NCBI GenBank assembly: GCA_964405655.1
Contig: CAYOOO010000001.1
Coordinates: 89,083 to 153,082 of the forward strand
DNA length: 64,000 bases
Direction: 5' to 3'
Source: an uncultured Gammaproteobacteria bacterium
GTDB taxonomy: Bacteria; Patescibacteriota; Microgenomatia; Daviesbacterales; UBA10151
The notes beneath the pieces are model-generated. The model did no database searches. It was not told where the DNA came from and saw only the letters and a program-made list of their open reading frames with translations. Each line of letters starts with the position of its first letter. The first letter of the stretch is position 1. A program made the position numbers and the translations under genes. This document shows positions 20,888-31,595 of this stretch, piece after piece.

Positions 20888-21814
20888 ATGACTGTGAATA
20901 CTGCTTGGGACCATGTTTCCCAAAACATTTTTAAAACATGGATTATCATGTTTTTATTCTCTATTTTTGTGGTTGGGGTAATTTATATTTTTGCGAGAGG
21001 TTTTGGTTATGATACTCCTGGCGCTTTAGGACTTACTGGAATTGCTTTAATTATTACGGGAGTGATGAATTTTGTCTCATACTATTTTTCAGACAAAATT
21101 GTCCTGGGAGTTTCTGGTGCAAAACAGATAAACTTAAAAACACACAAAGAGCTTTATAGAGTTGTAGAAAATCTGTGTATCGCAGCAGGATTGCCTATAC
21201 CTAAAATTTATCTTATCGAAGACAGTGCTCCTAATGCATTTGCAACTGGCAGAGATCCAAAACATGCAGCCATTGCTTACACAACTGGAATTTTGCAAAA
21301 GTTAAATAAACAAGAGCTAGAGGGTGTAACTGCACATGAATTATCACACGTTGGAAATAGAGATACTTTGGTGATGACTGTAGTCTCAGTTTTGGTAGGG
21401 ACCATTGCCTTAATCTCAGATATGTTTCTACGCTCTATGTGGTATGGAGGACGGGATAGAGATAATGACAATAAAGGGGGGCAAATTTTTATGGTGTTAG
21501 CTTTAGTTGCGGCAATTTTAGCTCCAATTATTGCGACATTAATTCAACTAGCGGTTTCCAGAAAGAGAGAATATCTAGCTGATGCTTCTGGAGTTCTTTT
21601 AACCAGGTATCCTTCGGGACTTGCAAATGCTTTAATTAAAATATCCTCAGATAAAGAGCCCCTAGAGGTGGCAAATAGAGGCACAGCCCATCTTTATATT
21701 ATTAATCCCTTAAAAGGTTCTCAAGCAGTTGGTTGGTTTGCCAGTCTTTTTAATACCCATCCTCCTATCAAAGATAGAGTCAAAGCCCTCCAAGAAATGG
21801 AAGGGAAAATTTAA
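20888..21814 (+). CDS. htpX: Zinc metalloprotease HtpX (M48)
   Basis: PNAFATG, AHELSH (HExxH), SRKREYLAD, THPP. Confidence 0.95.
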   Translation: MTVNTAWDHVSQNIFKTWIIMFLFSIFVVGVIYIFARGFGYDTPGALGLTGIALIITGVMNFVSYYFSDKIVLGVSGAKQINLKTHKELYRVVENLCIAAGLPIPKIYLIEDSAPNAFATGRDPKHAAIAYTTGILQKLNKQELEGVTAHELSHVGNRDTLVMTVVSVLVGTIALISDMFLRSMWYGGRDRDNDNKGGQIFMVLALVAAILAPIIATLIQLAVSRKREYLADASGVLLTRYPSGLANALIKISSDKEPLEVANRGTAHLYIINPLKGSQAVGWFASLFNTHPPIKDRVKALQEMEGKI

Positions 21815-21868
21815 CTAAGCTGCTTTTAATCCTTAACAGTAATTAATTCTAGATGTATAATCCATTTC

Positions 21869-22165
21869 ATGAAACTTTCTAAGGACCAAGTTAAGCATGT
21901 CGGAAGATTGGCAAATTTACCTTTATCTGAGGAAGAGGTGGAAAAATTTACACTACAGCTTAGTGAGACCTTAGATTATGTTGCCGAGCTTGATAGCGTT
22001 GACACTAAAGGAATGTATCCCACCAGTCAGGTGACAGGACTTACCAATATAACCCGTGAAGATAAAGCTACTCCCTCTTTAACCCAAGCAGCAGTTTTAC
22101 AAAACGTTAAGTCGCAACATCAAGGTTATGTTAAGGTTAAAGCTATTTTGGAGGAGGAAAGTTGA
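21869..22165 (+). CDS. gatC: Asp/Glu-tRNA amidotransferase subunit C
   Basis: VKHVGRLANL, LDSVDT, REDK; first gene of gatCAB. Confidence 0.95.
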   Translation: MKLSKDQVKHVGRLANLPLSEEEVEKFTLQLSETLDYVAELDSVDTKGMYPTSQVTGLTNITREDKATPSLTQAAVLQNVKSQHQGYVKVKAILEEES

Positions 22166-23577
22166 TGGATACCACAGGACTTACCTTAACTCAGGTAAAA
22201 AAACTACTCAAGGATAAAAAAATTACCTCAAAGGAGATTACTGAAGCCTACCTAAAAAGAATTGAACAAGTTGATGATGATGTCAGAGCTTATGTAACCT
22301 TGACAAAGGATCAATCTTTAGAACAGGCTAGGTTAGCAGACGAGTTAATTGCCAAGGATGAGGATCTGCCATTACTGGGAGTCCCTATAAGCATAAAAGA
22401 CAACTTTTGTACTGCTGGTGTTTTGACAACTGCCTCAAGTAATGTTTTAAGAGATTTTATTCCCCCATATGACGCAACTGTTGTTAGAAAACTTAAAGAA
22501 GCAGGTGCAGTTATTTTAGGAAAAACAAACCTTGATGCTTTTGCCCATGGTTCTTCGACTGAAACTTCGGACTTTGGTCCAACTAAAAACCCGTGGGACT
22601 TAAATCGGTTACCAGGTGGTTCTTCGGGTGGGGCTGCTGCCTCAGTTGCAGCCAGTGAGGCTTTGATAGGAATTGGTTCTGAGACTGCTGGTTCAATAAG
22701 ACAGCCTGCATCTTGGTGTGGGGTAGTTGGGCTAAAACCTACTTATGGTCGGGTTTCAAGATATGGAGTAATTGCTATGGCTTCATCTTTGGATTGTCCT
22801 GGTCCAATTGGAAATAGTGCTTTGGATTGCGGTTTAGTTTTGCAAGTACTTTCGGGTAAAGATCCATTTGATGCTACCACTTCCCCAAAAGATGTACCTA
22901 ACTTTACTGGGAATTTGGATAATAGCTTATCACATATCACCATAGGAGTTTCCGAAGAATACTTTGTAGAGGGGATGGATCCTCAAGTTGAGAAAGCTGT
23001 CAGAGAAGCCATTCAGCTATTTGATAAATTGGGAGCAAAGATTAAGAAAATAAAACTTTTTGATCCTAAAAAATCAATTGCAGTTTATACAATTTTGCAA
23101 CGATCAGAGGTCTCATCAAACTTAGCGAGATTTGATGGAATTAGGTTCGGTTTTGGCAGAGAGGCGTTTGGTCAGGAAGCCAAAAGAAGGATCATGCTTG
23201 GTACCTATGCCTTGTCCGCTGGGTATTATGATCAGTTTTACAATAAAGCCCAAAAAGTTAGAACAATAATAGTTGAGGATTTTCAGAAGGCCTTTGCTGA
23301 TGTTGATGTCATTATTTCTCCAACTAGTCCTTCATTACCCTTAAAGTTAGGAGCAACTGCAGGTCAGTCAATGTTTGGAGAAATTGCTGATATGCTGGTT
23401 GAGCCATCTTCTATTGCTGGATTACCGGGAATTAATATCCCTTGTGGTTTCTCTAAAGAAGGTTTACCCATTGGTCTACAGATTATTGGTCCGCAATTTT
23501 CAGAAGAAATGATTTTAAATGTTGCTCATCAGTATGAAAAGGAGAGGGACATAAAAAAACCTAAGTTAAATTTATGA
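22165..23577 (+). CDS. gatA: Asp/Glu-tRNA amidotransferase subunit A
   Basis: IKDN, PGGSSGG, GSIRQPA amidase signature. Confidence 0.97.
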   Translation: MDTTGLTLTQVKKLLKDKKITSKEITEAYLKRIEQVDDDVRAYVTLTKDQSLEQARLADELIAKDEDLPLLGVPISIKDNFCTAGVLTTASSNVLRDFIPPYDATVVRKLKEAGAVILGKTNLDAFAHGSSTETSDFGPTKNPWDLNRLPGGSSGGAAASVAASEALIGIGSETAGSIRQPASWCGVVGLKPTYGRVSRYGVIAMASSLDCPGPIGNSALDCGLVLQVLSGKDPFDATTSPKDVPNFTGNLDNSLSHITIGVSEEYFVEGMDPQVEKAVREAIQLFDKLGAKIKKIKLFDPKKSIAVYTILQRSEVSSNLARFDGIRFGFGREAFGQEAKRRIMLGTYALSAGYYDQFYNKAQKVRTIIVEDFQKAFADVDVIISPTSPSLPLKLGATAGQSMFGEIADMLVEPSSIAGLPGINIPCGFSKEGLPIGLQIIGPQFSEEMILNVAHQYEKERDIKKPKLNL

Positions 23578-24902
23578 AACAAAAATATAGACCAGTAATT
23601 GGGTTAGAAGTTCACATTGAATTAAATACATCATCAAAGATGTTTTGTGGTTGTAGTGCAGATTATTTTGGAAAAGAGCCTAATACACATGTTTGCCCAG
23701 TTTGCTTAGGATTACCCGGTGCACTGCCAGTTCCTAATAAAGCAGCAATTGATGCATGTATAAAGATTGGCCTGGCTTTAAATTGTCAGATACCAAATTT
23801 TTCCAAATTTGACAGAAAAAATTATTTTTATCCGGACTTACCCAAAGGTTATCAAATCTCTCAGTATGATCAACCCTTTTGTATCAACGGATACATGATA
23901 TTAAAAAATGGTAAAAAAATCAGAATTAGAAGAGCGCATATGGAGGAAGACACAGCTAAATTAACTCATGCCAAGGTTAATAACGAAAACGTTTCATTAA
24001 TTGATTTTAATCGGAGTGGAATCCCACTGGTAGAAGTTGTGACAGAACCAGATTTTGAAAGCGCTGAAGAAGTAGTTGAATATTTAAAAAGACTTCAGCT
24101 TTTAGTCAGATATTTAGAAGTTTCAAATGCAGATATGGAAAAAGGAGATATGAGGCTAGAGCCAAACATCTCTTTAAGAAAGCAAGGTAGGACTGATTTA
24201 CCTGATTATAAAGTGGAAGTTAAAAATATTAACTCTTTTAGATTTGTTGCCAAAGCCATAGATTTTGAGATAAGAAGACAGGCAGAGTTATTAGACAAAG
24301 GCGAGAGACCAAAACAGGAAACCAGAGGATGGAACGAGCAGAAAAATGGGACTGTTTCCCAAAGATCAAAAGAAGAAGCCCATGATTATAGATATTTCCC
24401 AGAACCAGATATTCCGCCTTTTGTCTGGGATGATCAACAAACAGAAGAGCTTCGGAAACAGCTACCAGAGTTACCTTGGCAGAAGGAAGAAAGATTCGTA
24501 AAAGATTATGATCTCAAAATAAATGATGCCAGAATTTTGACTGAAGATAGACAGGTATCAGACTTTCTTGAGGAAGCAATCAAATATGGTCAAGACAAAG
24601 GTGTAACTAGTCAACAGATTGCCAACTACATTATTAACCAAAAGATAGATTTGGTAGATTCCTCAGCAGCGCAAGTAGTTGATGATATAGCCGCTAAAGG
24701 CCAAGGCATGATTTCAGATGAAGATGTTTTAGAAGACTTTGCAAAAGAGGTAATTAAGCAGAACCCTAAATCAGTTGAAGACTACAAAAAGGGTAAAGTA
24801 GCTGCAATTCAAGTCTTAATTGGTGGAGTAATGAAAAAAACTTCAGGTAAAGCTGATGCTGCAAGAGTTAAGGATATTTTAGAAGATCTACTAAAGAATT
24901 AG
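23574..24902 (+). CDS. gatB: Asp/Glu-tRNA amidotransferase subunit B
   Basis: IGLEVH, FDRKNYFYPDLPKGYQISQ, YRYFPEPD. Confidence 0.98.
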   Translation: MKQKYRPVIGLEVHIELNTSSKMFCGCSADYFGKEPNTHVCPVCLGLPGALPVPNKAAIDACIKIGLALNCQIPNFSKFDRKNYFYPDLPKGYQISQYDQPFCINGYMILKNGKKIRIRRAHMEEDTAKLTHAKVNNENVSLIDFNRSGIPLVEVVTEPDFESAEEVVEYLKRLQLLVRYLEVSNADMEKGDMRLEPNISLRKQGRTDLPDYKVEVKNINSFRFVAKAIDFEIRRQAELLDKGERPKQETRGWNEQKNGTVSQRSKEEAHDYRYFPEPDIPPFVWDDQQTEELRKQLPELPWQKEERFVKDYDLKINDARILTEDRQVSDFLEEAIKYGQDKGVTSQQIANYIINQKIDLVDSSAAQVVDDIAAKGQGMISDEDVLEDFAKEVIKQNPKSVEDYKKGKVAAIQVLIGGVMKKTSGKADAARVKDILEDLLKN

Positions 24903-25022
24903 ACCTGATCAAGTAAAAGTTTACTACTTGAAATACCTAATAATAATAGTGGTAATATATTGATGCCACAAGATGGCGCGGAAGGCTAAAGAGCCCGCAA
25001 GAATCTTGAATATTAAGTAAAT

Positions 25023-28000
25023 ATGGCTAAGTTTGTTCACCTGCATACACACAGTGAGTATTCCCTCTTAGACGGGTTATCCAAAATCCCCAAATTAGTA
25101 AAAGCTACTAAAGAATTAGGTATGGATGCTCTGGCAATCACTGATCATGGGGCAATGTATGGAGCAATTGAGTTTTATAAAAATTGTCTAGAGCAAGGAA
25201 TTAAACCTATTATTGGTTGCGAACTATATGTTGCCAGAAGATCTCATAAGGATAAGGAAACTAAACTTGATACAGAACCTTTCCATCTGACAGTTCTAGC
25301 AAAAAATTACCAAGGTTACTTAAACTTGATGAAACTAGTTTCTATCTCCCATCTGGACGGTTTTTACTACAAACCAAGGGTAGATAAAAAGTTGTTAAAA
25401 GAATACCATGAGGGGTTGATTTGTCTTTCTGGTTGTCCAGCAGGAGAATTTATCAGAAGCATAGATGAGAAAAATTTGGAAAAAGCTGAAGAGGTAGTAA
25501 AACTTTATTTAGAGATCTTTGGAGAGGAAAACTACTACTTTGAGATTCAAAATCACTTCTACAGACAACTTTTGGAAAACCCAGATTTAGATCAGGCAAT
25601 CAGGCAAGATTTAGAGCATATGGCTAAGATTCAAGAGTTGACTTGGCAAGCAGCCCAAAAACTATCTAAGAAATTAGGTATACCAATTGTTGCCACCAAT
25701 GACTCGCACTATATTAAAGAAGAAGACGCGGAAGCTCAGGACGCATTGCTTTGTATCCAAACAGCTAAATTCATCACCGATATTCAAAGACTTAGGATGA
25801 TTGATACACCAAATTTATTTATTAAATCACCATATCAAATGATGGAAGCATTTAAAGAGATTCCGGAGGCAATTAGTAATACTGTTAAAATAGCTGCAAA
25901 GTGTAATATCGAAATTCCTTTAGGGAATCCCAGATTTCCAATTTTTGAATTACCTTCTGATGAAACGCCCATTGAGTATTTAAGGGAACTGACCTATGAG
26001 CGGGCTGAGAAAAGGATGGAGCTTAATGAGGAGAGAAGACAAAGATTAGAATATGAACTTTCAGTCATTGAGAAAAAAAATTATGCAACCTATTTTTTAG
26101 TTGTAGCAGATTTTATGAATTGGGCAAATGATCAAGGGATAATCACTAATACTAGAGGTTCAGCTGCTGGTTCATTAGTTTTATATGCTCTAGGTGTTAC
26201 TGACATTGATCCAATTTTTTATATGTTGCCTTTTGAGCGTTTTCTAAATCCATACAGACCATCACTGCCTGATATCGACGCAGATATGGCAGATGATAGA
26301 AGGGACGAGGTGATTAGATATGTCATGGAAAAGTATGGTGAGGATAAAGTAGCCCATATCGTTACTTTTGGAACAATGATGGGAAGGGCTGCTATTCGTG
26401 ATATCGGTAGAGTGATGGCAATTCCGTATGGCGAGGTTGATAAGATCGCTAAACTAGTTCCACCTCCTCAACAAGGCTTTCATAAACCCTTAAAAGAGGC
26501 AATTAAAGAGGTAATTGAACTAAGTGACTTATATAAATCTGATCCACAAATTAAAAAACTCCTTGATCTGGCTATTAAGGTTGAGAGTACAGTCAGACAC
26601 GCTTCTGTTCATGCAGCTGGAATTGTCATAGCTCCTGAGCCGTTAACAAACTTTACTCCTCTTCAAAGAGAATCTAATGGAGACACAATTGTTACTCAAT
26701 ACGATATGTTCTCGGCTGAAGAGACTGGTTTGGTTAAAATGGACTTTTTAGGTATTAGAAATCTGTCGATCTTAGGACGGGTAATCGAATTTGTCAAAGT
26801 TTCAACCGGTATTGAGGTCGATTTAAAAAATATCCCTTTGGATGATAAAAAAGCCTTTGAGCTTTTGGCTAAAGGCGAGACAATGGGTCTTTTCCAGCTT
26901 GAAGGCTCGGGTATGACAAAATATCTAACTGAGCTTAAACCAACAAGTATTTTTGATATCTCGGCAATGGTAGCACTTTATCGGCCAGGGCCTTTGAGCA
27001 TTATCCCTGAGTACATTGCCAGAAAACATAATCCTTCTAGAATAACTTATTTTGAAGAAAGGATGAAGAAAGATTTAGAGCGGTCTTTGGGGTTATTGGT
27101 TTATCAGGATGATGTTTTGCTAACAGCTATTAATATCGCTGGATACTCGTGGGAAGAGGTAGATAAATTTAGAAAAGCTATGGGAAAGAAAATTCCTGCA
27201 GAGATGGCCAAACAAAAAGATAAATTTATTGAGGGTTGTAGCAAAAATGGATTAACTAAAGAAAAAGCAGAGGAGATTTTTGCCTTAATGGAGCCATTTG
27301 CTAAATATGGTTTCAATAAAGCTCATGCAGCCTCTTATGCGATGGTTGCCTATCAGACTGCTTATATGAAGGCAAATTTTCCAGTCGAATTTATGGCAGC
27401 TGTGATGACAGCTGAGTATGGTAATACGGAAAAAATTGCCCATGCAATTGAAGAGTGCCGGAGAATGGAGATAGTAGTATTACCTCCAGATATTAATTAT
27501 TCTGGTGTCGGTTTTACTCTTGAGAGATTATCTGATTTGTCAAAAGATGAATTAGATAGACAGATCACCAATGTTTCTGATAAAAATATCAATCAGGGGA
27601 TAAGATTTGGTTTATCTGCTATTAAAAATGTTGGTATATCGGCAATTGAATCCATTCTAAAAGCCAGAAATGAGAAACCTTTTAATAATCTATACGATCT
27701 TTGTAGTCGAGTTGATACCAGACTTGTTAATAGAAAAACCTTAGAGAGTTTAATTAAGGCTGGTGCTCTTGACTCACTTGGCAGCAGAGCTGCTCAACTT
27801 TTGGCACTCGATCAATGTCTAGAAGTGGTTCATCAAAGTGCCAAATCAACTCAAAATGGTCAAGTCTCATTGTTTGAAAGTGAGGATACTTCCCAAATTA
27901 ATCAGTTTAGTCTGCCAGAAGTAGAGGAGATGTCAATGGATAAACTGTTAAGTTTTGAAAAAGACTTATTGGGTTTTTATCTACACGAACCTCTTTATAT

Positions 28001-28568
28001 GGGAAAATTAAGACTACTAGATAAGTATATTTCTGAAAAGATTGCAGGAATAACTGATGAGAGACTTAACCAGAAGCTAACTTTGGGTGGTGTCTTAACA
28101 GAGGTAAAAAAAGTCTTCACAAAAAGAGGAGCACAGGAAATGGCTTTTATAAAAATTTCTGACGGATCCCAGGAAATAGAATGTGTGGTCTTTCCTAAAA
28201 CATATTCTGAATACAGAAATATTTTAAATAAGGAAGAGGTTATTTTGGTTTACGGGAAAGTGGATCGACGGGAAGAAGATTATTCAATGATAGTTGATTC
28301 AATAGAGGTTTTTGATCCAGATACAGCCACTGTAGTCTCTTTAAAAGAGATCGAGATAGAAATTCCTCATCAGGCAGACAGTCAACTATTAAAAAAAGTT
28401 AATATGGCTTTAAGACAGTATCCTGGGGATACAAATATTTCTATTCTAATTCCTAGGGGAGGAAGCTATCGTAAGATGAGTTTAGCTTTGACAGTTAACC
28501 CCAGTACCGAATTTGTTAAAAATATAGAGAATCTGCTTGGCCCAAATAGCGTAAGGGTTTCTTCTTGA
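25023..28568 (+). CDS. dnaE: DNA polymerase III alpha subunit
   Basis: PHP HLHTHSEYSLLDG, RGSAAGS, PDIDAD, YGFNKAH, OB fold. Confidence 0.98.
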   Translation: MAKFVHLHTHSEYSLLDGLSKIPKLVKATKELGMDALAITDHGAMYGAIEFYKNCLEQGIKPIIGCELYVARRSHKDKETKLDTEPFHLTVLAKNYQGYLNLMKLVSISHLDGFYYKPRVDKKLLKEYHEGLICLSGCPAGEFIRSIDEKNLEKAEEVVKLYLEIFGEENYYFEIQNHFYRQLLENPDLDQAIRQDLEHMAKIQELTWQAAQKLSKKLGIPIVATNDSHYIKEEDAEAQDALLCIQTAKFITDIQRLRMIDTPNLFIKSPYQMMEAFKEIPEAISNTVKIAAKCNIEIPLGNPRFPIFELPSDETPIEYLRELTYERAEKRMELNEERRQRLEYELSVIEKKNYATYFLVVADFMNWANDQGIITNTRGSAAGSLVLYALGVTDIDPIFYMLPFERFLNPYRPSLPDIDADMADDRRDEVIRYVMEKYGEDKVAHIVTFGTMMGRAAIRDIGRVMAIPYGEVDKIAKLVPPPQQGFHKPLKEAIKEVIELSDLYKSDPQIKKLLDLAIKVESTVRHASVHAAGIVIAPEPLTNFTPLQRESNGDTIVTQYDMFSAEETGLVKMDFLGIRNLSILGRVIEFVKVSTGIEVDLKNIPLDDKKAFELLAKGETMGLFQLEGSGMTKYLTELKPTSIFDISAMVALYRPGPLSIIPEYIARKHNPSRITYFEERMKKDLERSLGLLVYQDDVLLTAINIAGYSWEEVDKFRKAMGKKIPAEMAKQKDKFIEGCSKNGLTKEKAEEIFALMEPFAKYGFNKAHAASYAMVAYQTAYMKANFPVEFMAAVMTAEYGNTEKIAHAIEECRRMEIVVLPPDINYSGVGFTLERLSDLSKDELDRQITNVSDKNINQGIRFGLSAIKNVGISAIESILKARNEKPFNNLYDLCSRVDTRLVNRKTLESLIKAGALDSLGSRAAQLLALDQCLEVVHQSAKSTQNGQVSLFESEDTSQINQFSLPEVEEMSMDKLLSFEKDLLGFYLHEPLYMGKLRLLDKYISEKIAGITDERLNQKLTLGGVLTEVKKVFTKRGAQEMAFIKISDGSQEIECVVFPKTYSEYRNILNKEEVILVYGKVDRREEDYSMIVDSIEVFDPDTATVVSLKEIEIEIPHQADSQLLKKVNMALRQYPGDTNISILIPRGGSYRKMSLALTVNPSTEFVKNIENLLGPNSVRVSS

Positions 28569-28620
28569 GCCTGGTGTTGATTTAAACTCTTAAAAAATGT
28601 ATCATTAAAACCTGAAAATT

Positions 28621-28962
28621 ATGATTACTGTTGATTATAAGCAAAGCTTGCCTTCTGGCGAAGTTAAGGATAAACAATTAAATATTGGCGATACTTTGCG
28701 AGTTAAAAGTACAATTATCGAGGGTAATAAAACCCGGGTTCAAAGTTTTGAAGGAATTTTAATAGCTATATCCGGGCGTGGTGAGAATCGAATGATTAAA
28801 GTTAGAAAAATTGGCGCCAGGGGAGTAGGAGTTGAAAGAACATGGCCTCTTAACTCACGCTCGATTGTCGATATCGATGTTGTCAAAGGAGCAAAAAAGG
28901 TAAGAAGATCCAAGCTTTATTTTCTTAGAGGTTTAATTGGTAAGTTAGCAACACGCGTTTAA
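28621..28962 (+). CDS. rplS: 50S ribosomal protein L19
   Basis: GDTLRV..IIEG.K.RVQ.FEG, GVGVER, VRRSKLYFLR. Confidence 0.96.
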   Translation: MITVDYKQSLPSGEVKDKQLNIGDTLRVKSTIIEGNKTRVQSFEGILIAISGRGENRMIKVRKIGARGVGVERTWPLNSRSIVDIDVVKGAKKVRRSKLYFLRGLIGKLATRV

Positions 28963-29004
28963 TATCTCCCCATTCTTGACTATTTTTTTGCTAAAATATG
29001 ATCT

Positions 29005-29619
29005 ATGATTTTCCCGACACTTAACTTAGAGTCAGAGCTTTGGAGTGAAGGCTATGAGTTGGTTTGCGGTATAGATGAGGTAGGTAGGGGTTGTTTTGCC
29101 GGACCGGTTGTAGCTGCTGCAGTAATTTTTCCAAAAGATTGCAATCTTATAGATGGTTTGGCTGATTCTAAATTACTAAAACCCAGGCAAAGAGAAAGTT
29201 TGGCTAAACAAATTAAGGAGCTTGCTAGATATTATTCGATTGCCGAAGTAGCTGTTTCTCGAATTAATAAGTTTGGAATAGGAGTTGCGACCCAGATGGC
29301 TTTTCGAAAAGCAGTCAGTAGTCTAATTAAAAAACCCGATTTTGTTTTAATAGATGCTTTTTACATCAAACATTTAGATAGGAAAAAGCAAAAAGCGATT
29401 AAGAGTGGTGATAAGATTTGTGCCTCAATTTCAGCAGCCTCAATACTTGCTAAAGTTTATCGGGATAAATTAATGAAAGCCTTGCATAAAAAGTACCCGC
29501 AGTACGGACTAGCTAAACATAAAGGTTATGGAACTAAATTTCACCAGGAATCAATTCGAAAATTTGGTTTGTCAAAAATCCATCGGACTTCATTTAATTT
29601 ATCTCAATTCCTCCAATAA
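29005..29619 (+). CDS. rnhB: Ribonuclease HII
   Basis: GIDEVGRG, DSKLL, ASILAKV, HKGYGT. Confidence 0.97.
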   Translation: MIFPTLNLESELWSEGYELVCGIDEVGRGCFAGPVVAAAVIFPKDCNLIDGLADSKLLKPRQRESLAKQIKELARYYSIAEVAVSRINKFGIGVATQMAFRKAVSSLIKKPDFVLIDAFYIKHLDRKKQKAIKSGDKICASISAASILAKVYRDKLMKALHKKYPQYGLAKHKGYGTKFHQESIRKFGLSKIHRTSFNLSQFLQ

Positions 29620-29979
29620 ATGAATAAAAAAATTACTGGAAATTTAGGAGAAAATTTAGCTTGCAATTATTTAAGGAAGCTAGGTTTTAAAATTATCAAA
29701 AGAAATTTTCTAATTAGAGGTGGGGAAATTGATATCATTGCAAAAGATAAAGACGAGTTAGTTTTTGTTGAGGTGAAGACTAGATATTCTCATCAGTTCG
29801 GCAGTCCTGCTGAGTCAATTAACTATTGGAAACTAAGAGCTTTGCTAAAAAGTGCCTTGTTTTATATACAAAGTGTTAAATGGGGAAATAGACCCTATCG
29901 ATTTGATTTAGTAACAGTAGATTTTACAAGTTCTGAAGATGATCCTCAAATCGAAATAATTAAAAACATTACTCAGTAA
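29620..29979 (+). CDS. YraN family (UPF0102) predicted endonuclease
   Basis: GEIDIIA, LVFVEVKTR, RFDLV; follows rnhB. Confidence 0.92.
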   Translation: MNKKITGNLGENLACNYLRKLGFKIIKRNFLIRGGEIDIIAKDKDELVFVEVKTRYSHQFGSPAESINYWKLRALLKSALFYIQSVKWGNRPYRFDLVTVDFTSSEDDPQIEIIKNITQ

Positions 29980-30010
29980 CAAATTTTTCTACGTGGTCAA
30001 AATTGTTACA

Positions 30011-30790
30011 TTAGCTACTTGCTGAAGTATATTGTTTTAGACAAAAGTTCCAGTACTTTAAACTTAACCAGAATAAACATGAACCAATTAGAAACGATAC
30101 GATAACAAAGTCTGGAGAAACTAAATTCATTAAGGCTTTAGCTGGTAATGTAATCATCAAACCTAAGGGAATTAAAAAAGTTAGAATTAGTCTTATTGGT
30201 TGGGTATATAAATCTACTGGAATTCGTAGCATTGAGCTCATATCACGGTAAAATAAGACCAGATGATCAATTGAAGTTGTGGTAATTCCAAATCCTAATA
30301 CAAAAATATGAAAAGCTGCAGCAATGATCAACCCGTTGGCAATTAAAAGCAGATAAAGAAACCAATGGAAGAGGTTGGTTGTAATATTATTTATCCCAAA
30401 TAAAAATAAAATGATTGCTATTAGTATTAGGATGAATAAATCCAGAATATCAGCTCCCCCGAGTAAGACTCTGATTAATGGGTTGATTGGTTTAATTAAA
30501 ATCAAATCTAGGTCTCCCCTAACAACCAGATCTCTGAAACGATAAACTTCCCTGAAAAGAAATTGTGCCAGAGTATCAATCAAATTAAATGAAAGGTAAA
30601 AAAAGATAATTTGATCTCTTGTATAGCCTGCTATACTTTTGGTTCCCTGAAATAGAAATAGTAGAAAAAGGGCAAATAAGAAAATCCTTAAAATCTTACC
30701 TAAAATTAAAACAACAGCAGCACCTCTGTTTATAACCGCCCACTGAAAAGAATTAATAGTATAAAGCCACCAGACTTTTATGCTCCTCAT
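30011..30790 (-). CDS. ABC-2 family permease (DUF990-like)
   Basis: VRGDLDLILIKPIN, C-terminal YTSASS. Confidence 0.85.
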   Translation of the reverse strand: MRSIKVWWLYTINSFQWAVINRGAAVVLILGKILRIFLFALFLLFLFQGTKSIAGYTRDQIIFFYLSFNLIDTLAQFLFREVYRFRDLVVRGDLDLILIKPINPLIRVLLGGADILDLFILILIAIILFLFGINNITTNLFHWFLYLLLIANGLIIAAAFHIFVLGFGITTTSIDHLVLFYRDMSSMLRIPVDLYTQPIRLILTFLIPLGLMITLPAKALMNLVSPDFVIVSFLIGSCLFWLSLKYWNFCLKQYTSASS

Positions 30791-30791
30791 C

Positions 30792-31595
30792 TTATCTTCC
30801 TTCTGATGAATAAGTGACTAACCCTTTTCTCCATACAAACTGAGTTATATAATTAAGAATTATTACCCAAACGGCTGCTTGAATAATTATTCTTAATATT
30901 TCTACCCCGCTGATTTTATTGACAAAAATAGCCACAGGAAAATAGAGTAAATAAGGAAATGGGGTAAACTGAAGTAATGTTTGCAACCAGTCAGGGAGAA
31001 TATCGAGGGGGAATATTCCACCAGCAGTAACCTCAATTATGACTAAGATGAGGAATGCAAAGGGCCAAGTATTTTCAGGTGTCCAAAATGCAACTAACCT
31101 GGAAGATACATTGACAAAATAATAAATAATTGTTGCCAATGCAGCTATTACCAAAAAACCTAGCAAATTAATAAGACTATTTGGTAGTAAAAGATTTGGT
31201 TTAAAAATCCAAATAAGTATTGAAATCTCAACAATAGAAAACATTAAATTAAAAACCTTACTTGATAAGTCTCTGGTAAACCAATATTTTAGGTAATTAA
31301 TTGGTTTAACTAAGTAGTTACTTAAATTACCACTACCAATTTCTCCTCCAATGTTGTCTGCAGAGGGCGAGGATAAAACTATTGCTGAAACTATTAAAAC
31401 CATGAAGACATAGGTAAGCATTTGCTCTTGGGAATATCCAAAGACGCTCCTACTAGATAAAAAAATACTGCTCCAGAGAAAAAAAGTCATTAGAAATCTT
31501 AGGATATTACGGAGTCTCCAAAGTAAAAAATTGACTCTATAGACAAACTCATTTTGCCAAGAAAGAGAAAAAATTGTTATATACTTACTCATCAA
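30792..31595 (-). CDS. ABC-2 family permease
   Basis: IGSGNLSNYLVKPINY, GGIFPLDILP, PFPYLLYFP. Confidence 0.85.
   Translation of the reverse strand: MMSKYITIFSLSWQNEFVYRVNFLLWRLRNILRFLMTFFLWSSIFLSSRSVFGYSQEQMLTYVFMVLIVSAIVLSSPSADNIGGEIGSGNLSNYLVKPINYLKYWFTRDLSSKVFNLMFSIVEISILIWIFKPNLLLPNSLINLLGFLVIAALATIIYYFVNVSSRLVAFWTPENTWPFAFLILVIIEVTAGGIFPLDILPDWLQTLLQFTPFPYLLYFPVAIFVNKISGVEILRIIIQAAVWVIILNYITQFVWRKGLVTYSSEGR

Noticed and set aside
22034-22184. 12-bp direct repeat ACAGGACTTACC in gatC and gatA
   Set aside because: Short, encodes TGLT in both, no flanking structure; most likely chance
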